Assembly (NCBI RefSeq): GCF_006345805.1
Contig: NC_043010.1
Coordinates: 16,368,001 to 16,432,000, forward strand
DNA: 64,000 nucleotides
Origin: Octopus sinensis
Lineage: Eukaryota
Direction: 5' to 3'
Of this stretch, positions 12,222 through 22,838 are shown one piece after another (within the stretch, counting starts at the first letter, position 1; each line of letters opens with the position of its first letter). Below the pieces are notes generated by a model. It saw only the letters and a program-made list of their open reading frames with translations. It did not search any database and was not told the origin of the DNA. The position numbers and the translations under genes are program-made.

Positions 12222-12730
12222 AAACAAATCAAAATAGATGAACATCAATGGAATTTGTATCTTTGTGGTACCAGTGCCAGTGGCACGTGGCACACAAGAA
12301 AACCATCCGAACGTGGCCATAGCCAGTACACCGCATCGACTGGCCTCCGTGCTGTGGGCACGTAACAAACACCATCCGATCGTGGCCGTTTGCCAGCCTC
12401 ATCTGGCACCTGTGTCGGTGGCACATAAAAACACACATCCGAGCGTGGCCATCTGCCAGCCTCGTCTGGCACCTGTGTCGGTGGCACATAAAAAACACCA
12501 TCCGAGCGTGGCCGTTTGCCAGCCTCGTCTGGCACCTGTGTCGGTGGCACATAAAATCACCCACTACACTCTTGGAGTGGTTGGCGTTAGGAAGGGCATC
12601 CAGCTATAGAAACACTGCCAGATCTGACTGGACTGGTGCAGCTTTCGGGCTCCCCAGACCCCAGTTGAACCGTCCAACCCATGCTAGCATGGAAAGCGGA
12701 CGTTAAATGATGATGATGATGATGATGATG
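12220..12730 (+). mobile_element. RTE-tailed non-autonomous retroposon (GAT-tailed family) with an internal ~62-bp VNTR
   Basis: Ends ...ccgtccaacccatgctagcatggaaagcggacgttaaat(gat)n, the same 3' end as the RTE relic at 32130-33197. Confidence 0.8.
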
Positions 12731-12867
12731 AATGAATACATATCATATCTATATATATATATACGAATGAATACATATCTCTCTCTCTCTCTATATATAT
12801 ATATATACTATATATATATAACTGAATACATATATCTATATATACTATATATATATGACTGAATACA

Positions 12868-13420
12868 TATCATCATCATCATCATCATCATCATTCAGCA
12901 TCCGCTTTCCATGCTGGCATGGGTTGGACAGTTCAACTGGGGTCTGGGGAGCCCGAAGGCTGCACCAGGCCAGTCAGATCTGGCAGTGTTTCTACAGCTG
13001 GATGCCCTTCCTAACGCCAACCGCTCCGAGAGTGTAGTGGGTAATTTTATGTGCCACCGACACAGGTGCCAGACGAGGCTGGTGAACGGCCATGCTCGGA
13101 TGGTGTTTTTTTTATGTGCCACCGACACAGGTGCCAGACGAGGCTGGCAGATGGCCACGCTCGGATGGTGTTTTTATGTGCCACCTACACAGGTGCCAGA
13201 TGAGGCTGGCGAACGGCCACGATTGGATGGTGTTTGTTACGTGCCCACAGCACAGAGGCCAGTCGATGCGGTACTGGCTACGGCCACGTTCGGATGGCTT
13301 TCTTGTGTGCCACCGGCACTGGTACCACAAAGATACAAATTCCATTGATGTTCATCTATTTTGATTTGTTTTGATTTTCACTTGCCTCAACAGGTCTTCA
13401 CAAGTGTCACAAGAAGGAAG
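12868..13420 (-). mobile_element. Second copy of the GAT-tailed family, tail-to-tail with 12220-12730
   Basis: Near reverse complement of 12220-12730. Confidence 0.8.
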
Positions 13421-13569
13421 GAAGGAAGGCATGCAATATTATATATCTATATATCTATCTATATATATATATGACTGAAATATATTAGATATTATATATG
13501 ACTGAATACATATATCTATATATACTATATATATATATATATATATGACTGAATACATATATCTATATA

Positions 13570-13605
<36 letters not shown>

Positions 13606-13637
13606 TTTATTTAAAAGCAGCAGAAATATAACAGAAG

Positions 13638-13675
13638 CTGTTACTCAGAGTTTTACGTTCCTGTTCGTCGGACAG
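13638..13675 (-). ncRNA. Minimal type I hammerhead-ribozyme-like motif (degenerate)
   Basis: The minus strand reads CTGT-CCGACGA-ACA GGAA CGT-AAAAC-TCT-GAGTA-ACAG: stem I CUGU/ACAG, stem II with a GGAA loop, stem III ACUC/GAGU, GUA triplet. U4>C and G12>A deviate from the core. Confidence 0.55.
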
Positions 13676-13870
13676 TTTTGTTAACAAAAGTGAGACCATA
13701 ACCTTGTGGCCTATGCCAGGGGTGTAACCAGCCCACTTATGCGTACCTTTCTTTCATTGGACACTAAACACTGCTTGTGAAGACCTGTCATGCAAGTGAG
13801 ATCGAAACCAAATTCGATGACTAGCATCCGTGCTAGTGGAGCACTAAGAGTACTATATGAGCGTGATCGT

Positions 13871-13906
<36 letters not shown>

Positions 13907-13924
13907 ATATATATATGAAGAATA

Positions 13925-14230
13925 CATCATCATCATCGTTTAACGTCTGCTTTCCATGCTAGCATGGGTTGGACGGTTCAACTGGGATCTGGGAAGCCAG
14001 AAGGCTGCACCAGGCCCAGTTTGATCTGACAGTGTTTCTACAGCTGGATGCCCTTCCTAACGCCAACCACTCCGTGAGTGTAGTGGGTGCTTTTTACGTG
14101 CCACTGGCACGGAGGCCAGTCACGGTGACGCTGGCTACAGCCACATTCGGATGGTTCTCTTACGTGCCACTGGCACTGGTATCACAGCTACCAATTCCAT
14201 TGATGTTGACTGATTACGATTTTGATTTCG
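13925..14230 (-). mobile_element. GAT-tailed RTE-derived repeat copy
   Basis: Same tttaacgtctgctttccatgctagcatgggttggacgg motif after (cat)n. Confidence 0.75.
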
Positions 14231-14329
14231 ATATATATATTCTACCTTTACTATCTCTTCTCTCCCTCTCTTGTTCTTCATCCTTTCTGGTTTTCTCTCC
14301 CACCCTTCCCTAATCTTCTCTCCTCTTCA

Positions 14330-15405
14330 CCGTTCTTGATGTTGATGTACTTGACTCAATAGGTCTCAAGTACAGCAGGTCACTCTACGATCCAAGGTTA
14401 GCACAGCAGGCTGTCCTGCGAGCCATGAACTCACTTCATTTGTCAAGTCTTCACAGTCACAACATATCTCCAGAGGTCTTGGTCTTTCGTCAGAGGTCTT
14501 GGTCTTTCGTCAGAGGTCTTGGTCTTTCATCAGAGGTCTTGGGCTCTGTGAGGCCCAACGTTTGAAGGTCATGCTTGACCACCTCATCATATGTCTTCCT
14601 GGGTCTACCTCTACTCCGGATTCCTTCAACTGTTTGGAGTGGCACTTCTTCACACATCTCTCCTCATCCATCCTTAGTACATGACCATACCAATGCAAAC
14701 ATCTCTCTTGCATGCCACATCAGATGCTTCTTATGTCCAACATTTCTCTCAGGGCGCTTACACTCTGTCGTGCGTGCACACTGACATTACACATCCAGCG
14801 GATCATTCTAGCTTCTTTTCTTTCAAGCCTACACATGTCCTCCGCAGTCACGGCCCATGTTTCAGTGCCATGAAGCATGGCAGTTCGCACACATACATTG
14901 TACAATCTACCTTTCACTCTGAGCGAGAGACCCTTTGTCACCAGTAGGGGAAGAAGCTTTCTAAATTTTGCCCAGGCTATTCTTATTCTAGTGGTAACAC
15001 TCTCTGAGCATCCACCCCCACTACCAACTTGGTCACCTAGGTAGTGGAAGCTATCAGCTACTTCTAGTTTCTCTCCCTGGAGTGTGATGGAATCTGTTTT
15101 CTGAGTATCTGTGGTGTCTATTGCCCTAGAGCATCTGCTGCACACGAAAGCTGTCTTCTCGGATAATTTTCTTTTGATGTTGCTGCACCTCTTATGTGTC
15201 CATAGCTTACACTGGGTACATCTTATAGAGTTTCTACCTATACCTTTTCTACAGATCAAGCAGGGCCACCTACCTGAGTGGGTGTGTGATGAGTTCACCT
15301 TCCTACTCACTAGAACTTTGGTCTTTGCTACATTGACTCTAAGGCCTTTTGATTCTAAACCTAGCTTCCACACCTGAAATTTCTTTTCTAGTTCCGGTAG
15401 TGATT
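14330..15405 (-). mobile_element. 5'-truncated RTE-clade LINE (RT C-terminal part) with a PHD-like finger
   Basis: GLRVNVAKTKVL...LEVADSFHYLG...RIRIAWAKFRKL...YNVCVRTAMLHGTETW, then ERCLHWYGHVLRMDEER (14510-14713). A C4HC3 motif lies at 15131-15262. Confidence 0.9.
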
Positions 15406-15533
15406 CTGTGTGTACATATATATATATATATATTGATAAAAATGGTTGGACAACAAAAGAAAGAGACCTCGATATTATGTAAATAGAGGAATTTATCTGT
15501 AAATGTAATATGTGACAATTATTTCGATGGCTG

Positions 15534-15594
15534 GATAACTGAAGAGATGGCGGCGTGGATTTCACCCTCGGCATCCAAAACTCAGAGTTTTATC
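15534..15594 (+). ncRNA. Type I hammerhead-ribozyme-like motif (G12>A lesion)
   Basis: GATAA-CTGAAGA-GATG...CATCC-AAAAC-TC A GAG-TT-TTATC, enclosed by a perfect 26-bp inverted repeat (15498-15523 / 15604-15629). Confidence 0.55.
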
Positions 15595-16149
15595 ATGGCT
15601 ACCAATAATTGTCACATATTACATTTACATATATATATATATATATATATAATATATATTATATATATATATATATTGATAAACGGTAAGATAACAAAAG
15701 AAAGAAGAGACCTCAATATTATGTAAATAGAGGAATTTATCTATACAATGTTACATTACTCGGTAGTCAAGATAAAACTCTGAGTTTCAGATGCCGAAGT
15801 GGAAATACACAACACCATCTCTTATGCGACATGGAGAGATGGCTTATCTGGAAAAGCAGCTTAGACCCTACCACATGTCTAAATACAAGGACAGAGCTTT
15901 TCGGATCATGCCCACATGTGACTAAATTTCTGTTACGTTTTTGGTCCCCTAAAAAGAACGGATAGAACATGCTTTCTGTGTTATGTCCCAAGAAGAATTT
16001 ATATATTTTTATATATTTTTATGTATTTTTATATAATTTTTATGACGAAAAATGCGAGCGATGTATAAGTACGCAGGCAAAGCAGAGTTATAACAGAGTA
16101 ATTTCCCTTCATTTTTAACGGTATTTTTTCATAACGTTTTCAAATAGCC

Positions 16150-16212
16150 AGATAACCGAAGAGATGGTGTTGTGGATTTCCACTTCGGCATCTGAAACTC
16201 AGAGTTTTATCT
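16150..16212 (+). ncRNA. Type I hammerhead-ribozyme-like motif (U4>C lesion)
   Basis: AGATAA-CCGAAGA-GATG...CATCT-GAAAC-TC A GAG-TT-TTATCT. Confidence 0.5.
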
Positions 16213-16266
16213 TGACTACCGAGTAATGTAACATATTGTATAGATATATATATATATATAATTATA

Positions 16267-16322
<56 letters not shown>

Positions 16323-16739
16323 TATATATATATATGTATGAATACATTATATATATATATTCATAATACATACAGGAGAGGGAGCAACCTCACGAGTGCT
16401 AGTGACACCAAAAAAAGCACCCAGTACACACCCTGTAGAGAAGTTGGCATTAGTAAGGAGGGCATCTAGCCATAGCAATCAGAGTAGACACCAGAGCTCA
16501 AAAATCCTGCAAATTGCTCCTATTCTCTCAAACCATCCAAGTGATACCAGTATTGAAAACAGACATGAAATGTTTAGGATAATGACACACACACATTGTT
16601 ACTGTTTGTTTTTATGTTCAGTTATAATAAAAACAATTTTACATTCATCTGATGAGCAACTCTAAACTTTGTAGAATACAAATTTATTATTGTTTAAGAA
16701 TTATCTGTGTGTGTGTGTGTGTGTGTGTGTAAGCAGCCG

Positions 16740-17157
16740 GGATCTTTTTGGCTTGAACGGCAGTTTTTTCTAGCGGTGTCATATGAAATTGTCACCCATA
16801 ATTATGACCCTAGTATCGATCTATTGCATTTCAATGTTTTAGGGTTAGGGTTACGGGTCGAGGGAGGGGTATCTTTTTTTCTTCACAAATGTAAATAAAC
16901 CCAAACTGTTTCTAAAATGAGGAACATATTCATACGGCACAGAATGTGTTTTTTTACCTCAATGGACGTATTTGATTGCTTGAAATTGCAGAAGTTGTAG
17001 AAAAAAAACATCAAATATCTTACAAACTATAGAATTTTCTCAATAAAGCCAAGAGAAAAAGATGTTTTATAAACACATTCTACCAGTATACGAAGTTTAA
17101 AATTTTTTAGTTACCTAGAAATTATGTTAAAAACTGCCGTTCAAACTGAAAAGATCC
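16740..17157. mobile_element. Merlin-like MITE (GGATC...GATCC, ~418 bp)
   Basis: ~28-bp TIR GGATCTTTT(C/T)GG(T/C)TTGAACGGCAGTTTTT and a perfect 8-bp TSD AGCAGCCG (16732-16739 / 17158-17165). Contains internal TTAGGG repeats. Confidence 0.85.
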
Positions 17158-17329
17158 AGCAGCCGTTCTGATGAAAACTGGGATTAAGTTTACCTGCAAT
17201 TCCCATTTGCAAAACTGCTCCCGATAACATCAGCCAAAATGGATTTCTACTCCAATATAAACGGACTCTTGTTAAATATATGAGTGTCAGTTTTTTCTGA
17301 CTGATGAATTCTAAGTGACACTCACCCTA

Positions 17330-17595
17330 ACTTTTAGTACCACTCTCCAACCCCCAATTGAGGGGTCTTGTTTGCAAGTTACCTGATGACCTTGCTGGTG
17401 CTACATAAAAAGCAGCCAGCACCCTCTGTAAAGTGGCTAGTGTTAGGAAGGGCACCCAGCTGGAGCGACCAAGCCAAAGCAGACTAGAGCTTGGCAAAGT
17501 CCTCTGCTTCACCAGTCCCTGTTGAAGTGTCCGACCCATATCAGCATGGAAAAGAGATGTTAAATGGTGGTGATGATGATGATGATGATGATGAT
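17330..17595 (+). mobile_element. Diverged GAT-tailed RTE 3' end
   Basis: gttaggaagggcacccagct...catggaaaagagatgttaaat followed by (gat)n. Confidence 0.6.
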
Positions 17596-19129
17596 GTATA
17601 AATAAAATATAAAATTCTTGAGCAATGAAAACCTTGATGTTCAGCAGCCAAGACAAATTGTCATCATCATCATTGCTGCTAATGCTGCCACCACCACCAT
17701 CATCATCATCGACATCTTAATCATCCGTAACAACAATCTCAATAAGGACACTTCTATGTAGTGGCTTGATATGCTAGAAATAGCAGTCTAATCTCCGTCT
17801 CATTACAACTGACTGTTATAAAACAAGGAAGACACATTGGGAAATGTAGTCCTGGACACACGATTAAACATTAAAGCTGGAATAGTCATGGCTGGAAAGC
17901 CTTTGATCATCACTTAGGACTGACCTGAGGCTACACAACAATGACCACCACCACCACCACCACCACCACCACCACAGCAACAAAGCAATAAAGTCCCTGG
18001 TCGTCTGATATACTAGAAATAGTAGTCACATCTTCCTCAAATCTTAACTCTCTTAATATAAGACATTGAATTAGGAGGTTCTAAGTTCACTGAAAAAGAT
18101 AGGGTAGTCATGGTTAGAATGCCTTCGATCTTATGGTTGGGGGCTGACCTGGGGTTAAACAACAACCAAAACCAATACGGGTTTTTAAAACATGCTGACA
18201 CAGGTCACAATCGAAGCATAAACATCATTGCAGCAGCAGCAGCAGCAGCAACGGCGGTGGTGGTGGTGGTGGTGGTGTAAGCTCTAAAATAATCCTGGTA
18301 CAAGCAGACACACACACACACACGTACCCTACCACCACCACCACCACCTCCATACACACCCACTCTGCCACTGTCAGTCATTGTCAGACAAGTTTATCCT
18401 CATACAACCAACATTCTACAGTGTTGATGGTCGTTCGGCTGTGTATACCTCAGTCGTCAATATGTCTTCTCTACATAAGCTAGTGCTGTACAGATATTAC
18501 AACAAAGTGTTGGGGACTTGTTACAACTTCACTCAATGCACATCAACATCTTTATTATTATATTATTATTATTGTTATCATCATCATCACCATCACAGTT
18601 TTGCAGATGAAGGTAAATTTTTTTTTTTCTCTGTGAATGTTTAAGAAATGTTGTCAATTCGATTCTGTTTCTTTGCTGTCTCTCTGTCTGTCTGTCTGTC
18701 TATATAGAATCAAAATAAGCAACAAGGTGCCTTAACTTAAGTACCATGTTCATCTGAATATATATATACATGTGTGTGTATATATATATGTGTGTATATA
18801 TATATATGTATATATATATGTGTGTATATATATATATGTATATATATATGTATGTCTCGCTGTCTCTATCCCTATCTATCCTTTTCTCCCTTCTTTCTCT
18901 CTGTTTGTCAAACTTACTCCCTTCTTTAAAATATGTGCACACATACACAAACATGGTAACACACACACACACACACACACGCACCTACCAACCTAATTCT
19001 CATTCTCTGCACTGACCTCATTCACCAGTCTTGTTGTTGTTGCTCTTCTATTCCCTGTGTGTGTGAGAGAGAGTGCGTGATAGACAGAAAAAGAGACAGT
19101 CAGAAAGAATTAGAGAAAGAAATAAACCC

Positions 19130-19520
19130 CAGTACATGACTGGTACCCTGTTTATTCAGTCCAATAAGGAGAAAGAAAGTTGGCCCCTGCAAGGATTCTT
19201 TTATATTTTTATTTTTGGCAGTGGCCATGCTGGAGTGCCACCTTGTATGTTTTTATCAATCAAACCATCCTCAGTAATTATTTTAAGCCTGGTACCTATT
19301 TTAATGTGGGAACATAAACAAACCTATATTGGTTCTGAAGGGATGAAAGTCAAACTCATAAAAATAACTCGTGTATACATACACACACACATATTTACAA
19401 AATACTTCTACATAAATTCCATTGCTGAAATTCATCCAGAAACCAGTGCTCAGCCCAGGGCTAAAGAGGAAGACACTTGGCCAAGGTGCCATGCAGTGTA
19501 CCTCAACATGTTATTGAAGA
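19130..19520 (-). mobile_element. Diverged tRNA-derived SINE fragments
   Basis: ggccatgctggagtgccacc and gaagacacttggccaaggtgccatgcagtg resemble the major SINE family. Confidence 0.5.
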
Positions 19521-19989
19521 CCAGGGACATGAATTGCTTTATGAAACCATTTAAGCTTTTCTTGAGAGAGAAGCTAGATCACATTGATTTTCTGTTGAGC
19601 ATAGAATAAAACAGGGACGATTCATTTACTCCTGTTTTCTGTGCCATGTTTTTCTCTGTTGTACTAAAAAGACCATTGGCTGATAACAACACTGGAATTT
19701 ATTTAAGATATTGAACAACAAGGAGACTATTTCTCATCCATCAGTTTCTTACACCATTGCTCTGATTGGAGATTCGTTATCTGCAGACGACCGGGTTACA
19801 CAGACTGAGGCCGATTCACAAATACTGAACAGTTGAAGCATTTGATGAGTTTTGCTTAACAGTTAAAGGTAAAAAGACAGTTAAAATGTATTGACCTACA
19901 CCTAGAAGACCATATCATCCAACAACCATTTATACCGAGGGTATGCATTTAAAGACATGATCCCCTACCAACCATGTGTATGTGTGTGA

Positions 19990-20140
19990 AGGCTTAGTGG
20001 CTTAGTGGCTAAAAGTGTTGCACTCGTGAGCATGAGATTGTAGTTTTGTTCCTGGACCAGGCAATGCTTTGTACTCTTGAGCAAAACACTTTATTTCACA
20101 TTGCTCCAATCCACTCAGCTGGCTAAAATGAGTACTTCTG
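19990..20140 (+). mobile_element. Diverged tRNA-head SINE (second family)
   Basis: gtggcttagtggctaaaagtgttg...cttgagcaaaacactttatttcacattgctccaatccactcagctggc. A related minus-strand copy lies at ~38270-38410. Confidence 0.5.
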
Positions 20141-20359
20141 TGATGGACAGGCGTCCCATCCAGGAGCACAATATATACGCCACAGAATCTGGGAAACCGG
20201 ACTTACGAGCATTTGGCTTGAGAAACACCTTTGATCCTTTTTTTTTTTTGCTGTGGTATGGGGGGGGGAAATATGTATATATGTATGATCAGACTCAAAA
20301 GAGGCTGTGCTGGCAAGATTGTACACTCTTCTTTCTTTCTCTCTCTCTCTGTATATATA

Positions 20360-20965
20360 TATCATCATCATCATCATCATCATCATTTAACGTCCGCTTT
20401 CCATGCTAGCATGGGTTGGACGGTTCAACTGGGGTCTGGGGAGCCCGAAAGCTGCACCAGTCCAGTCAGATCTGGCAGTGTTTCTACAGCTGGATGCCCT
20501 TCCTAACGCCAACCACTCCGAGAGTGTAGTGGGTGATTTTATGTGCCATCGACACAGGTGCCAGACGAGGCTGGCAGACGGCCACGCTCGGATGGTGTTT
20601 TTTATGTGCCACCGACACAGGTGCCAGATGAGGCTGGCAGACGGCCACGCTCGGATGGTGTTTTTATGTGCCACCGACACAGGTGCCAGACGAGGCTGGC
20701 AGACGGCCACGCTCGGATGGTGTTTTTATGTGCCACCGACACAGGTGCCAGATGAGGCTGGCAAACGGCCACGATAGGATGGTGCTTGTTACGTGCCCAC
20801 AGCACGGAGGCCAGTCGATGCGGTACTGGCTACGGCCATGTTCGGATGGTTTTCTTATGTGCCACGTGCCACCGGCACTGGTACCACAAAGATACAAATT
20901 CCATTGATGTTCATCTATTTTGATTTGTTTTGATTTTCACTTGTCTCAACAGGTCTTCACAAGTG
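20360..20965 (-). mobile_element. GAT-tailed RTE-derived repeat with four ~62-bp internal units
   Basis: Unit starts (atgtgcc) at 20541, 20604, 20666 and 20728. Confidence 0.8.
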
Positions 20966-21005
20966 TCACTCTTCACAATATATATATATATATATACATA
21001 TATAT

Positions 21006-21042
<37 letters not shown>

Positions 21043-21143
21043 ATACGTACATATATACATACATATATATATAACATACATACTATATATATATATACAT
21101 ACATATATATATATATATACATATATATTATATATATATATAT

Positions 21144-21215
<72 letters not shown>

Positions 21216-21408
21216 ATATATATATATATCTTTATTTATAGATAGATAGATAGATAGATGGATGTATATTTGTGCATGTCTTTATGTGGTTTGTGCAAGT
21301 ATGCAAGGATAAACAGGTATTAAAAAGGGAAAAAATGCACAATTCTGAGAGTGAAACATGAAAGTGGATAGAATATAAAATCGTGTGAGAAAATGTTTCC
21401 ACTGTTTG

Positions 21409-22738
21409 TACGAGGTGGTATCAAAATGTTCCTGAACTAGTTCTGTAGTGCGCCAATAGATGGCAGCACATAGCTACGTGTGCATTGAGAGCTATCAGTG
21501 ACATTCACAAGGCAGTGTGCTGAGTGACATTGGTGTGTTTACTTTGAAAATTGTGAAATTTGTATTTTTGTCATCACATGTATGCTGTACTCTGCAGTTT
21601 TGTTGTAGACAGGAAGTTGGAACAAAGTGCCAACAAGAAATTTTGTGTTGAACTTGTTAAGTCTGCTATAGAGGCATTGAGCATACTTCCACAAGCTTAC
21701 AGCGATGAGGCAACGGGTTGTACACAAAATTTCAAGTAGCACGTGTGCTTCAAAAGTCAGAGAAGGTCCCTGGAATATGATGAGCAATCTGGAAAGCCTG
21801 CCATGAGTGCCACCCCTGGAAACATGGAGAAAACTCATCAGCTGGTGCATGAGGACCGTTGGAGGACAATCAGCAGCATTGCTGATGTTGTCGGTCTGTT
21901 GCATGGGTCCATGCAGACAACCCTAACATCTGAGTTGAACATGCAGTGTGTCTCTGCCGAGTTTGTCCCCCACCTGCTGACCATTGAGCAGAAAGAACAT
22001 CACACTGAAGTCTGTGAAAATCTCCATCAACATGCCACTGATGACCTATTCTTCATGTTGAGGATGATCACCACGGATGAGAGTTGGGTCTATGGGTGTG
22101 ACCCTAAGACAAAGCAGCTGTCATCACAATGGAAGAACCCTTCATTTCCATGACCAAAGAAAGCATGACAGAACCACAACTCAGTCAAGAGCATGCTCAT
22201 CGTTTTTTTGATATCTGTGGTATTGTGCATCAAGAATTCATTCCCCCAGGGCCAGACCTTTAACCAAGAGTTCTACTGCAACGATGGTTTGAAGTATTTG
22301 AGGGAGGACCTTCAACAAAAGGGACCGGATCTATGGAGCGAAAAGAATTGGATTCTTCATGATGACTATGCACCTTGTCAACAAGCTCTACTCACATGTG
22401 AGTTTCTCACCAAAAACGACATGGTATCACTCCTGCACCTGCTCTATTGGCCATATTTAGCACCTGCAGACTTCCATCTCTGCCCCAAGATAAAAATGCA
22501 GCTCAAAGGTCACCAGTTTAATACTGGTGTCAAGATCAAGATTAAATTGCAGAAGGTCTTTGTCTCGCTTATGAAAAACAAGTTCCATGATGGATTACAG
22601 AAGTAACAGGAATGCTGGGACTTGTGTGTTGCTGTGCAAGGGGACTATTTCAAAGGAGATGAGGTTGAAACTTAAGTAAATAAGTTAATTTTTTTATCAA
22701 ACATAACCAGTCTGAGAACCTTTTGATACCACCTGGTT
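21409..22738 (+). mobile_element. Full-length but decayed mariner transposon (~1.33 kb, DD34D type)
   Basis: TIRs TACGAGGTGGTATCAAAA / TTTTGATACCACCTGG. Motifs: ITTDESWVYGCDPKTKQLSSQW, WILHDDYAPC (HDNA), YWPYLAPADFHLCP (YSPDLAP). Contains stops and frameshifts. Confidence 0.9.
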
Positions 22739-22802
22739 TGTGTAGACATTGTAGTGATTTGAAAAAAAAAACATTCCTAAAAAATGCATAACCAGTTGGG
22801 TG

Positions 22803-22838
<36 letters not shown>

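Larger units (their letters stand above)
15430..16250. mobile_element. Penelope-like terminal-repeat cluster with hammerhead-like motifs (direct and inverted copies)
   Basis: 15430-15500 repeats at 15675-15745. Hammerhead-like units lie at 15534-15594 (+) and 16150-16212 (+), with an inverted truncated copy at ~15755-15830. Confidence 0.55.

Noticed and set aside
12229-13364. Many 70-145-aa ORFs with repeated CHRHRCQTRL or VPPTQVPDEAG motifs
   Set aside because: They arise from the ~62-bp VNTR of the GAT-tailed retroposon and are open in several frames on both strands.
20541-20790. CRISPR-like regular repeats
   Set aside because: Tandem units without unique spacers, in a eukaryotic retroposon context with no cas genes.
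20911-21249. ORFs rich in YI/IY/CV repeats (also 16236, 18700-19015, 29851-30211, 47443, 49001-50275)
   Set aside because: They are translations of (TA)n/(TG)n/(TATC)n microsatellites, not genes.
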